Below, one piece after another: positions 26,385 to 40,281 of a DNA stretch of 64,000 bases (position 1 is its first letter; the number at the start of each line of letters is the position of its first letter). The stretch lies in assembly GCF_964204645.1 (NCBI RefSeq), contig NC_134030.1:13041947-13105946 (forward strand), in the 5' to 3' direction. Under the pieces are notes generated by a model that ran no database searches, had not been told where the DNA came from, and saw nothing but the letters and a program-made list of their open reading frames with translations. Source of the stretch: Tubulanus polymorphus. Lineage: Eukaryota; Animalia; Nemertea. The position numbers were made by a program, and so were the translations under genes.

Positions 26385-27060
26385 AAAGCCGCTGTGACGA
26401 GGTACCAGCGAATCGTCGGATTGTCGAATCGAATGATTAATATTACGTGTTCGACCCCTGATTACCCCTCACGATCGCCGGAGGAGAAGGGCGTTCACAG
26501 TTATATCAAGTGGGCTTAAAGCTAAAGCATCGTTCTTTTTAATACTCACTGAATCATTATTGACGATTTATTTTCTTCATTTTGAAAACCCATGTCCTCA
26601 AATGGATTAATCACCATCGATACTCCTCGAGCATCACTTTCGATTGGGAGATGTTCCGGGCAGACATCAATGTGACGTATCCTCCTCTTTATCGGCGAAA
26701 TAACTATCTGAGATTATTGGAAAATGACAATGTTTACGCTAAAGTTGCATTAAAAATGTGTCATTAACTGACCTAAATAGAATTTCGGGATTCGAACACC
26801 ATCAACTAAAATTAATCGATCGACGCAACAACGTCGCGGCCATTTTGGTTCATTCAACTCCTCGAGCGGAAGAAGGCAGTTGTATGTAGAGGTAAATGTT
26901 TTGAGAATATTCAGGTATAGTTGTTTTGGAGAAAGATAAACCATCGTAGTCAATTAGCTATGAATAGAAATAGGCCTTATAACACCCAGAGCTGCTAACC
27001 CTGACGGTTTCATCGTATTTGTGTTGTACAGCCGGACGGGCGTATTTACGTCATCGGCCC

Positions 27061-27849
27061 CACAGGGGTTTGGCGATGGGCTTGGATTTTATTTCCGGGT
27101 TGTTGATAATCTCGCGAGAATGGCGCTAAATATGAACTGCGAATAAATTCAAAATATCACGGAAATACCTTGTGTTTATATTGTTTATTTATCCGCTATA
27201 AAGTTCTGATAAACAATTGGTCGTTAAGGATCATTATCAGACGGTCGTCACGCTTTACTATATAAAATCACAAGGGATGAAACGCCAGGCCTCCGCTGTA
27301 CTTAAATTTTCAGCCAGAAAGTTGGGACAGTCACGTGACATTCTGATGACGTCATCGCATTTAAAACTTCAACACGAAAAGTTAACATATTCACAGACCG
27401 ATATCAAATGTCAGATTATGATTCATATGAAATAAATAACTCATAAAGAATAAATTATGATGAAATATATAATTCATAGTAAAAAAATGCATTTGAATGT
27501 AAGTTATTCTCAAACATTTTTCGTATCATAGTTTCCATCTTATATGCTTCAGGTTCGCGTTCAGTCAAATAAGAAGCGTTAAGTCACGTGACTGTCCCAA
27601 CTTTCTGGCTGGCACGACTTGAACTGCGTTTCATCCCTTGTGATTTTATATAGTAAAGCGTGACGACCGTCTGATAATGATTCTTAACAACCAATTGTTT
27701 ATCGAAACTTTATAGCGGATAAATAAACAATTAAACACAAGGTATTTCCGTGATATTTTGAATTTATTCGCAGTTCATATTTAGCGCCATTCTCGCGAGA
27801 TTATCAACAACCCGGAAATAAAATCCAAGCCCATCGCCAAACCCCTGTG
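27061..27849. mobile_element. Foldback MITE, P-element- or hAT-type
   Basis: ~280-bp TIRs CACAGGGGTTTGGCG.../...CGCCAAACCCCTGTG and perfect 8-bp TSD ATCGGCCC. Confidence 0.9.
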
Positions 27850-27989
27850 ATCGGCCCGCGTGCGGTCAATCAACAAATGCAGAGACAGATAAACCTTTAT
27901 GAACTTTGTTGATAACCACATTTTTTTCTAGGGTAATGCGTACTAAATACAGAAACAATTATCTCAGTATAAGCCTGTTTTTATTTCAG

Positions 27990-28089
27990 GATGATGTCAA
28001 ATTCACTGATGTTGATGTTACATAAAAATGGCCAGGGAAATAGAGGAAAATTTCCTTTTGAGCAGAAATGTCTCGTGAAGTCAACATTG
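27990..28089 (+). pseudogene. CAP gene exon 3, phase-compatible but with three in-frame stops
   Basis: Acceptor tttttatttcag, donor TTG|GTAAGT, phase 0-1; reads DDVKFTDVDVT*KWPGK*RKISF*AEMSREVNI. Confidence 0.55.
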
Positions 28090-29324
28090 GTAAGTAATTT
28101 TCTAGAACTTTAGCGAGTACCTTTATAGTGTCTGATATTGGTCACATTAGAATCATAGAGTGATGGAAATCAGTTGCGAATACAACCACTTCTAGGACTG
28201 GATGAAAAGAGCAATAGCTTTGATTAAGTGTTATTAAAAATACGGTGAAAAATTGATTACTGACGAGTTTAATTTCAAACTTGGTAGGCTCCAAGTAATG
28301 ATGATTTCTCTTGCTCGTATCATTTCATCATTATTTTCACGATTTCAGATGCCGTTCGCAAATCGTGCGACTGAATCAAACATCGTGGAAGTTATTCGGA
28401 ATCAGATGCTGCTGATAGGAAGGATTAAGGTGGCTGTCAAGAAAACTAATACCATAACGGATCTTAGAAGAAAATGACTATGTCTAATTCTTGATTTCTT
28501 AAATCGATAAGTAGATTACTACAATTTGTAGTTAGGTTGTGCTTTTAAATTATGTTTTGTTAATTCTAATTCTATTTTTGGAGCTAATTGCGTTATATGC
28601 AAACCGTTTGGTAATAAATGTATTTCTATATGTCTTTAGAGTATATGTACCTGTTTCTGGTTTCATTGGTATCAGGTTAACATTTCGGTTGGTATTCAGT
28701 CATATTCAGATTGAATATGATCTCAAACAGGTTGGATAGAGGTCTAGACACAGACGTTTTATTCCATCTTGATACGACGTCGGACTGACAGGTTATAATG
28801 TGGTTGAAATCTGGTTGGATATTATGTGTTTTATGACGTTGATTTCTCGTTGACGTTGATTCACTTTTCTAAAATCTAACTACTGATGACGACATCAAAA
28901 CACAACGTTTCAACGTTGTTGTGCCCTCTATCCATTGAACTGCTATAATTTATATCCATTGAACTGCTATAACTTCTAAAATTGGTTGGAGGTTTTTTGG
29001 AGGACTCATTCCAGTTATTAGAAGGATTGCTTAATGTTGATCTGACTAATCCTAAATAACCTTGGGAAGGTTTTTGGTAATCTTTGGTCAATGGCATTGA
29101 TAATTGCCACCAATATACTTTGAGTTGGCATCCACGCGTACATGCGTGTATTCGTATATGCGGTTGGGAATATGAAACTTGCAGGTATAAAAAAGGTGTG
29201 CAAAATATATGTAAAATAAAATTGGTTAATCCGTACGAACCCTGACACGTCCATACCACTAACTCCTCAAGTATCTGCTTGGTGGCAAATCTATTCGATG
29301 TTATGTTGTTTATATCGTTCACAG

Positions 29325-29446
29325 ATTTGAATACCGAAGAAAGATTGCAAATCCTAAATATCCACAACAAATTGCGGCATGATGTGTCTAACTATTTAGA
29401 TAAAAATAACCAACCGCTACCGCAACCACTGCATATGCCGAATCTG
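29325..29446 (+). CDS. CAP gene exon 4 (CAP domain start)
   Basis: DLNTEERLQILNIHNKLRHDV...QPLPQPLHMPNL: the IL..HN..R..V and M..L CAP signature. Confidence 0.9.
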
Positions 29447-29628
29447 GTTAGTAGACACCGGAACACTGTGTTGAATAACAAACAATTCTTATCAATAATC
29501 GCATATTTCAAAGATACTCAGTAACTTATAATTCGTATGATATCCATAATATCAACTATACAATGAGATTATGATGTAGATCTAGCGTTGTATCGAATTT
29601 AAATGTTTTGACTTATCTATACGCATAG

Positions 29629-29725
29629 AAATGGTCTCTTGACTTGGCCGATCTGGCCAATCGGTTGGTCACCAAATGCGAACAACCATTTAAACACGAT
29701 ACGTTTTCAAACAGGGCAATACCAA
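29629..29725 (+). CDS. CAP gene exon 5
   Basis: KWSLDLADLANRLVTKCEQPFKHDTFSNRAIP (W...LA..A.....C...F.H); donor GTAAGT. Confidence 0.9.
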
Positions 29726-30149
29726 GTAAGTACTATTCTGAAGAATTAGTTAATTAATGTTACGCTCTCTTTGATCGTGTCTTTGACTACTTTTAGAAAT
29801 AAAATGTATAGGCCTATGTACCTATGTCTGTACCAGGTTTCAAGAGAATTTATATAATCAAACTACCGAATTCACATTTCTTGTAGACCTATTTTGACAA
29901 CTAATGCACACCGCAATTGAAACAATCCTTTGCATTTCAGTGCACTATGTCTCGTGTTTTGGAACAAAACACAATTACGATCACAAAATAAGACAGATAT
30001 ATTCATGTAATGAAGTCTTTTGATTACCTATTATGCGAATAAATCGTACAAAAGTACCAAAATTTGCATAAACGAAAATTCAAATCAATCATGATTTGAA
30101 CGAAACAGATCTTGAAAGTTCCTTTAAAGAACCTTTTTGTAATTTCAAG

Positions 30150-30292
30150 GCAGAGGATTTTCCTCGATAGGACAAAATGCGGCAGAAGGAGGTACTAATG
30201 TAACTGAAACTGTCCTCTTGTGGTTCAGTGAGCATAGAAATTTCATCTACAACGGCAAGAATAAGTTCATGGAAGTAGGACATTTTACCCAG
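30150..30292 (+). CDS. CAP gene exon 6
   Basis: RGFSSIGQNAAEGGTNVTETVLLWFSEHRNFIYNGKNKFMEVGHFTQ (GQN, W..E, GHFTQ); donor CAG|GTGAGA. Confidence 0.92.
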
Positions 30293-30913
30293 GTGAGAAA
30301 TAAATGTGATGTAGTGTAATGTAATATAGGCTAATTGAGTGAAACTTAATGTCATATTAAACAACTTTTTGGGGTTTCATCATGGAACGATGTCAGATAA
30401 AATTGCGTGCACATAGTGGGATTCGAAGCTAACTCAGTGCATCGATTGGTTCTGTGCCTTGTCCGACACTAGGTATCACTGCCGGGAAACCCAGTTACTA
30501 TTTATAGTGAAAGTGAAGAAATTTCGTGTTTTGGAAAATTCCGCGATTCCGCGATAATGACCACCGGCTAGTTAAGCCTACTTTTATCCAAGTTGAGACA
30601 GTTACGTTGATTTTGACTGCCAGATTTTGATCAGAGAAACCTGCTGATCCGTTAAAGCATCCCATTATTGGCATTGTTTCCTTAATAGCTTGTTTAGTAA
30701 TCACTGATGTGTACCTTTTCATCATGCATTTTCGAAATCCAAAGACTATAGGGATCGGTCGATTTCCAGAGTCAAAGCAGCTGGTCCAGTCATCCATGGT
30801 TTCAAGTTCGCCTGATTGACTGGTTGACTTTGCAGCGATATTTTCCATTTATAGCTGATTGCTAAAAATTTCTATCTATAATTGTTAAAGATTTGCATGT
30901 CAATGGTGCTGAT

Positions 30914-33900
30914 TGTGGTTTCTCAATTCAAGCACAAACACCAACTACTTCTTGATTGAAGTTAGATCTTTTATTCATCAGACGCGCGGCTGATAGCCAT
31001 CTTTAGTTACATCATCAATTACAATCGATAGGGCGCACTGCCGTATATAACATTGTATTAACCCATTAATCTCAAATACACTACATCCCTCCACCCTAAT
31101 TACAAACGTTACAATTTAAAAAGTCTTGCTTTATTCTCGTAGTTCTGAACACTACCAACATTAGCCTTTTTGGTCGGACACACATTGCTTCAATAAGGCG
31201 ACCAGGCGCTTTCCTAGATCGCGACGAATTCTTCCTGACCGGGTTAGATCGCAACGCCAGAATCGCCTGCTGGTTCGGACGCCGGTACAATCTCAGACAT
31301 AGCTTCCTAAGCTAGTTCCGGCAAGTTCTCCGACTCGGCATCGGACATAAATGTAGTATCGACTGCCTGCGACACTGCAGTCGGCGGATTTGCTCTGGGC
31401 GACCCCAGTTGTTTCGGTTCACCAAGGGGTACATCGGTTTCCTGTTCCCCTGACTCAACAATCGAATATTCAATATAATATATTATACTATTACGAAACT
31501 GATCAACATGTACAAATATTCTATCACCTTAACTTCACGCCCAGGTATCCACTTTTCTCGCCCGGCGCGATAATTTCGAACGCGAACAATCTCATTAAGA
31601 GCGAAACGTCGTATTTTCACTCCACGATTATCGTGAGACTCAACCATTTTTGATTGCTTTTTCGCGACGGTCTCGTTGAGATCGGGGCGCAACAAAGAGA
31701 AACGTGTCCCAAGCGGACGTTTAAACACGAGCTCCGCTGGCGACTGTCACGCGATGGGGTGTCGTACGATAGGTCAGCAGAAAATTGTCGACGCGCTGTT
31801 GAACGGTCAATTTACGCTCGTGTCCTTTTCCCTGCGCCAGATAATGCTTCTTGAAAGCCGCTTCCGCCGATTCAACTATGTTCTCAGTTCGATTGCGGGT
31901 GGTACGGTGGTACTAGCTTGTGCTTTATACCGTTACTGCGCATAAATTCCGCGAATTCACTTGCGGTGAATTGGGTCCCATTATCTGACACCAACTGTTC
32001 CGGAAGGCCCAGACGCCCAAACCAACTGCGAAGTGTCCGGAACGTCTTTTCCGCAGTAGTATCCGTGTTCATCAGTTCGATGTCGACCCATTTACTGTAC
32101 GAGACGTTCAACATCAAATAGTTCACTCCTTCCAACGTACCGAAGTCTATGTGAACTCGTTGCCAGAAACGTGTCGGATACGGCCACGGTATAAGTGGAG
32201 TAGGGGCTGGTTTGTCCTTCATAGCGAGACACGCATCACACGAACGAGCCTCCACTGCTTTGTCGATTCCTGGAAACCAAAGATACCCGCGAGCCAGATG
32301 GCCTTCATTTGAACTATACCCCAGTGCTCGTAATGAAGCTCTGATATCAACCTTGACCGAAATCCCGGTGGAATAACCACCCGCATACCCCACAGAATAC
32401 ACCCTTTGTCCGCTGACAACTCATTCCGACGGATCCAATATGGCTGTAGACCAGGGTCTAACATTTCGCGGGACCAGCCATGGTATACAAATAAATGCGC
32501 GACATGGTAGGATCCTTCCTAGTTTCTTCTGCAATCTCCCTGGCTGAAATCGGCAACTCATTAGCCAGGCTAAAATAATTCACTTTGAGCTCAGTTGCCA
32601 GCGCAGTCGTCTTACGGGGAAACGCGAAAGCATGGCCGCATTGACGTGCTCGGACGATTTACGATTATCAATCGAATAATCATATGCCAGCAATATTAGC
32701 GACCATCGCTGCAAACGAAGAGCAGCGAGAGTAATTACACCAGCGTGCGGCCCAAATATTGTGGTTAGCGGCTGATGATCCGTGTACAGCTCAAATTTTC
32801 GCCCATATAGGTATTTGTGAAATTTGGTCACACCGTAATGCCTAGTGCCTCTTTCTCGGTCTGCGGATAATTACGTTCACTATCCGTTAGCGAGCGCGAA
32901 GCAAACGCAATTGGTCTCTCGGAACCATCGCTCATTAAATGAGAAATCACCGCTCCCACTCCGTGAAGGGAAGCATCAGTAGCCAGAATTAAATCTTTCC
33001 TAGTATCGTAATGTGCCAAAACGCGTTCGCTCATGAGCTATAATTTAACAGTCTCCAACGCTTTATCGCAGGCCGATGTCCATTTCCACGGTCTATCTTT
33101 CCGCATAAAATGATACAGTGGAGCGAATTTAGTCGACATATTCTGCAAGTAGGATCCATAATACCCTACTATACCCAAGAAAGTGCGCAATTCGGACATG
33201 TTGTTTGGAGTCTTTGCTTTTAGAATTGCTTCGACCTTATCGGGCATACACGCGTGACCCTCCGCGTTTACACGATGTCCAAAGTAGGCCACTTCTGACA
33301 CGCCAAACCGTCATTTTGGCTTTTTCGCTACGATATTGTGTTCCGCAAGCCTTTCGAGAACCGATTCCAATCGACGTAAATGTATACGAGTCGAGCCAAC
33401 AAGTATATCATCCAGAATGCACCCAACACCAGGCGCATTTACCAGAATACGATCCATTACCGACTGAAAATAGCTGGCGCCGATTTTACGCAAAACGGTA
33501 ATCTTTGGTACTGGTATAAACCTTGATGAGTGTTTATCGTACATAATTTTTTGACGCCTTATAAAACGTCACCATTATGAAACCTAAACAATGTTAACCA
33601 TTCAGCGTCATTTTACAAACGACAGCCGTAAATCGATGTGCAAAACGTAACAGGTCTATGTGTACACAAACAAGCTATCTGGCAAAATATTATTGACATA
33701 GATGTAGAATGGCTTCCTGTGATTATATAATGACCTATATTTGAACGTCGAAATGTTATATTGCATATATATAGTATATCATTAGAAGACGTATTGTAAT
33801 AGTAAAGGATGTATGATTATATCAGAAGCGGCAGACATAAATAGAAATGATAAGTAAATCGGATTATTCGGTTAAATGGCGGATGTATACACGATGCGGA

Positions 33901-36605
33901 AGTCTGATATAAGTCAGACCCTGACGTGGGCATTCCGGTGGAATGACGAAGCTATCTACGATGTGTGTAGGGCCGGCGTGAATTTCATCAGCGGCTACAA
34001 GCGGTTGATATGAAAATGTGTAAACATATAATTTCAATATTCAAACGTTTTAGAAAATATGTTTGATATTAGGAGTATGCAGGTTTCGTGAGATTAGCAA
34101 TTTATAATAGCATAGCTGTCATATACGGCTCCGCGTCCTCTGATGGCATGTGTATTAGGTGACAATTCAATTCAATTCTTTATTGATCCTTATTACATTG
34201 AAATTCCGGGATAAAATTCCCAAATTCAATAAATACAAATTTTAAAATAAATTAATACAACATACATGACACACGGGTAATTCATACAGAACAACATAAG
34301 CATGTTATTTTAAATGACAATGTCTACTTCAACCCACCCAGACTCAAGACTCTAGGATATCGAGTGACAGCCAAACCCGTGGCCCAGGCCGGCTGGCTAG
34401 GCCACACGATATGTTCGAAGTCATGATGAAGCAGACATCAGAAGAGCTCTTTCTTCAACCATGGAGGCTATGAAGTTGCAGACCAGCTTAGAGGCATAAG
34501 TAAATGAAGTCGGTCGCAAGATCAATTATTGAGAATTTTCAATAAAAAAATTTAAACTACTACTAGAGTCGAAGACCTGTATCATCTACCCAATCGCCAA
34601 ATCTCATCATTCCCCAAATTTCTTAAAACTTCGATTTCAAATTTGCAATTCCACATTAGCTTAGCCCAGAAATTCTACATTTTTTTCGCAGGCGTCAAAT
34701 AATTTTCTAAAATTAATTTTCTTGTTTGATTCTTTCGTCAACTGTTACTGTTGGTATGCTTGCGTTAAATCGATCTTGGAGAACACTTCACATCTCGCCA
34801 GTGTAGAAAACAAATCATCTGCTGTGGGTAACGGATACGGATTGTCTTCCAAGACTCTGTTTATCAATACTTTGTAGTCCCCACATATTTTCAACTTCCC
34901 GTCGGTTTTTGGGACTACCACTATGGGTGAAGCCCATTCTCTGTTTTCCTCCTTCTTCAAAATACCGGTTCTTTCTAACCGATCCAGCTCCAAACCAACC
35001 CTAGATTTTAGCGAATAAGGCACTGGCCTGGCCTTATGAAAAACTGGTGTGGTTTCTTCCTTCAATCTAAGGTCAGCTTTGAAGCCTTTATAGTTCCGGG
35101 TTTTTCCCCGAAGACGGTCAGATACTGTTTTAGGAGTTTCTCCACCTCACGGTTATTACTTAGAATACCGAAAATACCCTGCCAGTCAAGCCGTATCATT
35201 TTCAACCAGTTTCTCCCAAGCAACGCAACTCGTTCACCTTTTGCGACCACGAGGGGCAACTTTTTGCTGTTTGGCCATTGTGGTCAACCAACACCTCAAT
35301 CATTCCAACTATAGGGTAAGTGTCACCGGAATAACTTTTTAACTTCATATAATGTCTCCTGAATCGGCACATTTTTGAACTGCGACATATACATATCATA
35401 CGGAATCACCGAAACTGCCGCTGCAGTATCAACCGTAAAACACACATTCTGATTGTTTACAAACATTGTCAGAGTTATTTCGGATCCGTCACACGCGTTT
35501 ACAGCATATAGTGCGGTTTCGTCTTCGATTTCGAAATTTCTAATCTCGACGTGATGAAGTTTAGTTGACTCTTGCATGATTGGTAGCGCCACTCGTTTCG
35601 TTTATCCCTGTTCGGACGACCAACCTTTTCAAAGTGATCTCGACCACCACACTTTCAACATACCTGCCCATTGCGACCACAGCGGAAACAAGCGCCACCT
35701 CTAGCACCATCTTCTTTTCTTCCCTGGTAACGCATCTTCGAATTATCAGTTTTTGACACTCGGATAATGGATTCCATCTTTTCCATACCACCTTTACCTG
35801 CATCCGTCGACTCAAGTTGATAATCAACAGCTTCTAACGCGCATGCTATTGACAGGACGCAATCTAGTGTTAGGTCTTCTCTTTAGTAATTCCCGACGTA
35901 GCTTCGAAGAACGACATTTCTCAATAACCTGATCCCGGATATCTACCTCTGGATGTGCAAAGATACAAAATTGAGCCTGCTTTTTTAGTTGGGCTACAAA
36001 TTTGTCAACCGTGTCGCCCTCTTTTTGGGCCATTGAACGAAAAACATGCCTCTCATACGGATCATTCACCTTCCCAACGAAATGGTAGTTCAATGTTCGT
36101 AATGGACGCTCATATTCATCGGCAGCATTTTGGACAGCGTTTCCATCAGCGTCTTGCTCGACAACCGCCGCCCCAGGATCAACTAACGTTTCAAAAAGCT
36201 CTTGAACCTCCACCCCCGCACAGGGGAGAAGTAATGCCTGCTTTTCGTTCTACGCCTTTAGCGGCCAAAAAATACTGAAATGCTTTCCGCCATTTCAACC
36301 AACGTGGACCCAACGTTGCAGCATTCCCAGAAACGTCAAACCTTTCAACCGCTTGAAATTCAACCCCTACGAGTGTCAGCGTACCTAATGTCAGATGAAT
36401 CTGTGCGAATCCGGCTCGATCCTCGTCGCCAAATGTGGTATCTCAACTAAAGCACAAACACCAACTACTTCTTGATTGACGTTAGATCTTTTATTCATCA
36501 GACCTGCGGCTGATAGCCATCTTTAATTACATCATTTATTACTACCGATAGGGCGCACTGCCGTATATAACATTGTATTAACCCATTAATCACAAATACA
36601 CTACA
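30914..36605 (-). mobile_element. Full-length decayed Gypsy (Mag-like) LTR retrotransposon in CAP intron 6
   Basis: 172-bp LTRs 30914-31085 and 36434-36605 (TG...CA), 5-bp TSD CTGAT, PBS TGGCGACGAGGAT (matches the 3' end of tRNA-Ser), PPT gggtggaggga; gag, protease DTAAAVSVI, RT (WASPIVVVPK, ILDDIL), RNase H (TDAS, EKEAL), integrase (RVHIDF, SDNG, PPYHPQSN). Confidence 0.96.
33549..34726 (+). mobile_element. Helentron/Helitron2-type non-autonomous element, copy B, inside the Gypsy RT
   Basis: TTT start, asymmetric IR TTTGACGCCT (33550) / AGGCGTCAAA (34690), 3' hairpin, CTTGTT end; inserted in a T-run without TSD; removal restores LTKESKKLCTINTHQG. Confidence 0.85.
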
Positions 36606-36663
36606 CTGATAGGCAGGCCACTCGTTATTGCTTTCAGAGCTACATAAATATCTTCATTTTTAG

Positions 36664-36749
36664 ATTATCTGGGAATCCACGCTACTTCTTGGCTGTGCAA
36701 TGAACAAATGTCACGGAAAAACGATAACTGTGTGTAACTACAGCCCAGC
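36664..36749 (+). CDS. CAP gene exon 7
   Basis: IIWESTLLLGCAMNKCHGKTITVCNYSP (end of CAP1 and the CAP2 motif); donor GC|GTAAGT. Confidence 0.92.
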
Positions 36750-37113
36750 GTAAGTATGATTACCTGTTTTCTTAAATCGTCTGTCGGTTTTGTAAAATGC
36801 ATGAAAGAAACAGCGATACACTGAAGGACCATCGAGAGGAAAGTGCAGAGACCATAAAAGGAGGTGTGGGAGAATATCCCTAGTTTTTTGAAGACCAGAG
36901 GTGCCTTGTGGGGCCATTTCACTGCCTCCTTCAGATATTTGATGAGAAACTGGGTATTAGGAAATGAAGATACAGATCAATATTTGAGTAAACAATGATT
37001 GCTAGTATGTACCGGTTCGAGAGATTTTCGGTAGAAACTTTTCCTAATTAGTCAGTGCTTAAAACTCGATACAAAGTCATGTTCTACGTCACACATGGGG
37101 TTTCTGTGAAACA

Positions 37114-37721
37114 TGGGGTAGCGGATTGGGGCCCCGATACGGGCCCCATTCCGGGTACCATCATATATATTTGATCAAGGTTTCTTCATTATCAGGTGTT
37201 GATACCGATAAGCGTAGACGATTTGTTTCTGTTTAGTACAGCCAATTTCACCCCGATGCTGAATATTCAGCCACACCTTTTGTACGAATACATAGATATG
37301 GTAAAGTGATAAGTCGTCTTTAATTTTCTATTATGTTGAACGTAATAAGTAAACTTAGTCACTTTCCATACACCCGTTTCTGATAAAAATTTGAAAATAA
37401 TATACAGCCGATTCCGTTTTTCACCTTCAACCGTCAAGGGATTCGTTCCGCGCTGCAGGAAGCGAGTTCATTAACACTACGGAACCCCTGACAAGTGAGG
37501 GTTTCCGTTTGACTGGTACCTGCATGATCCGGTGGCCTACTTCAAATCTTTAATTACTAATATCTCGGAATTAAAAGCAAATTTTAGCCGGCTCTTCTAT
37601 ATCATTTGATAACAATAGGTCCACGTTTATCGGCGTCAATATCCGATATCAAAACACCCGGTTTAATACATATGATGGTACCCCAGAAGGGTCCCATGTG
37701 GGGCCCCAATCCGCTACCCTA
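37114..37721. mobile_element. Old TIR MITE (hAT-like ends)
   Basis: gggtagcggattggggcccc mirrored by ggggccccaatccgctaccc, ~70-bp imperfect TIR; no TSD found. Confidence 0.65.
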
Positions 37722-39247
37722 GGTTCAAAACAAACCCTCACTCTCGAGCGGGAAACCATATCAAGCAAGGGACATTCATTGGCCGGTGGTTGAATGAAAT
37801 GCGTCATGTTTTTTTTTCGTTCACCTGGGAATAGAGGGACATATGCGAAATTCCAAGTATCAGCTTTTTTAAGAATTTGATAACGCCAGGAGGGAAAGCC
37901 GAATTGGGTGGCAGAATTTTTCAACACATGGCTATATGTTTTCGAGCGACACATCCTTGCATTAAAATCGCTGAAAATTGTGAACCGTTCCGAAATTATA
38001 TGGCCGATTTTCTGACTTAAAGCTGTCCGACTAACGCCAATTCTACTGTATGAGCAAGATGTCAATCAATTCAAATGGATATTCTGGCTTTCAGTCATGT
38101 GTATTTCAACTAACAACGCATTTTTTTGTTTTCAATGGTAGGATCTCGGGCAATGGTCGAAACATAGGTCACATAGGTCTTATATCACATAAGAATTATG
38201 TGACAACCTCAAATGCACTTGAGACTTCGCACAAGGCCGATAGGCACATTACATGATATTTATCAAAATTCACTAACCAAAATGGCCACAAGTCAGCTGC
38301 ATTCTCTGCGAATTTCGAAAAATAACATATTATACCGATTATATTTAGCAAATATATGGTAGACCTTACTATGGCACGTCATCAATGCAAACAATCTAAT
38401 TCGCAATATGCATGTATTACATTTTCAAGTGGTTGATTTAAACTAAACTTACACGCTTGTATAGTCGACCCGTAATCCATGGTCAACTCGTAATTGTACA
38501 GTCAACTCACAATTTCTTCTCTGTTACTTCGAAAACGACTTGTATTTGGTTTCGAGTTTGACGAAAGTTTCTGACGGAAAATAGTATTACTACCTTCGTT
38601 CCTTTGAGATTAATATCAACCGAATAAAGTGAAAATAAATCGTAGGGTAGTTTAAAATGAACATCGTGCCTAAAAATGGATGCCGTTAAAAAACTAAATG
38701 TCTGAGCCTCTTCAGTAAACAATAGCTGCTTGTTCCGCTCCCGAAGAGTCCCTGGAATGGTAAGAATATCAAATATATGGATACTGTACAGATTTTTTCA
38801 TGCTACTACAGCTCACATTTGACGTTTAACTATGAACTAAGCTAGATAATAGCAAAAGTTTGGTTTTTGTGGGTTTTTGTGAATTACGTCGTTTGTCGAT
38901 CTTGGTTTTCCAAGACTTTAATCCAAATGAGTAACAGTCTTGGTGTTTCATTGGCAATTTTGTCTACACCGAACCTGAATCACTGAATTAAATTGTCCAC
39001 GACATTGTCCTGACTGACTCGGTGCATGTCCAATGACGGTTACTCCATTGGGAAACCTGCTACTATATTAAGTAAAATGTATACAATTCCACGATTTTAG
39101 AAATTCCGCGATTTCGTGTTGCCGCTAAATGACAACACCGATAGGCTAGCCGAAAAATGTATAAATGGCACTACATGTAACTGGTGTAGGTCTTCCACAT
39201 TCTTCTGGCAGTTGCCTGGAAATATCGTGCACATTGATACGTTATAC

Positions 39248-39277
39248 CATGGACTCTAAAACGTTTTAGAGTCCATG
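39248..39277. mobile_element. Probable P-element excision footprint
   Basis: Perfect palindrome CATGGACTCTAAAAC|GTTTTAGAGTCCATG between direct repeats GTTATAC and GTTTTAC. Confidence 0.6.
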
Positions 39278-39434
39278 GTTTTACACAATGAGAATGAACT
39301 TAAGCCTACATTGGGTTGTGACACTTTGTACCGAGGTGGTAGTAGCCAAGAGGCCTCCTTGATGGGAACCTAGTTGGTAGTAGTAAAACTGTGATTTCGC
39401 ATAAATTTGATCGAATCGATATCTCTCATTATAG

Positions 39435-39649
39435 AGGAAATCTTCCATCATTAATCAAGACGCCTTACTCCATCGCAAAACCCTCGAAAAACCCTGAAGT
39501 AGCTACCACAACACCTACTCCAACTTGCAACACTGAGGGAGAAACCAGGGTATTGCAATGGACAATCAAGCAAAGAACTGGTCGGACGATAGTTCGAACA
39601 TTGGGGCAAATCTGTAGGTCAGCTGTTTTTGTCAATAGCTATAAAAAGA
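39435..39649 (+). CDS. CAP gene exon 8 (end of CAP domain, Pro/Thr linker, start of unknown module A)
   Basis: Completes YSPAGN...PY, then KPSKNPEVATTTPTPT-CNTEG...QICRSAVFVNSYKK; phase 2-1, donor GTAAGT. Confidence 0.85.
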
Positions 39650-40281
39650 GTAAGTAAAGGTGTGCGTGAAAGAAATTATTCCTTAATGAAAAATACGTAG
39701 ACACCCAAATTACGGGAATTCTTTCACGAGCCTATTGAGAACTTTTAGGGATTAACTTGCTGGTCCGAGGGCCGGTCATCTACCGACGGCTGGGGAGATT
39801 CCTTCAGTGCTAGTTTTCCTTTAACGGCTTACACTTAACTTGATTCTATTAACTCAGTTCAATCCAATTCTAACCGGATTATGGTTTTGTATTTGCTATA
39901 TGTGCACGCATTCAAAAAATCAGAATCTAAACCCATTGTATCGATCTCCACACTTAGTAGGTAAGTGGCAACCGGAAATGAATCGATTTTAAATAACCTA
40001 CTTCAGAATCAAATTATGGGCATCGGTCAACAATTTTGCGCCGGGCTAGTAGCGTGCTACACTTAGTAGAGATCATCCACTCGGTGAATAACTTTTCATT
40101 TAATAATCATCAACTTTGGTGTGAGAGGAAGAACGAGAGAAACGACCCAAATCTTCGTTCAGCAAGGGGCAATTACGTACCGGTATTACTACGTTTTCAA
40201 TCGAAAGCAGTACCACTGGTATTAGTGGCACCGCGATTTGTATTGTCACGCGTATGTTGAGGTCTCGTTTTATTCTTATAG

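Noticed and set aside
27990-28089. Selenocysteine, readthrough or variant genetic code as the explanation for the exon 3 stops
   Set aside because: All three stop types occur together and the other exons read normally; a local frameshift explains them more simply.
30914-36605. Gypsy, Pao and LINE ORFs as active elements or host genes
   Set aside because: Numerous stops, frameshifts and nested insertions; all are decayed.
40036-40260. ORF as an extra CAP exon
   Set aside because: No convincing acceptor/donor pair; exons 8 and 9 already join in phase.
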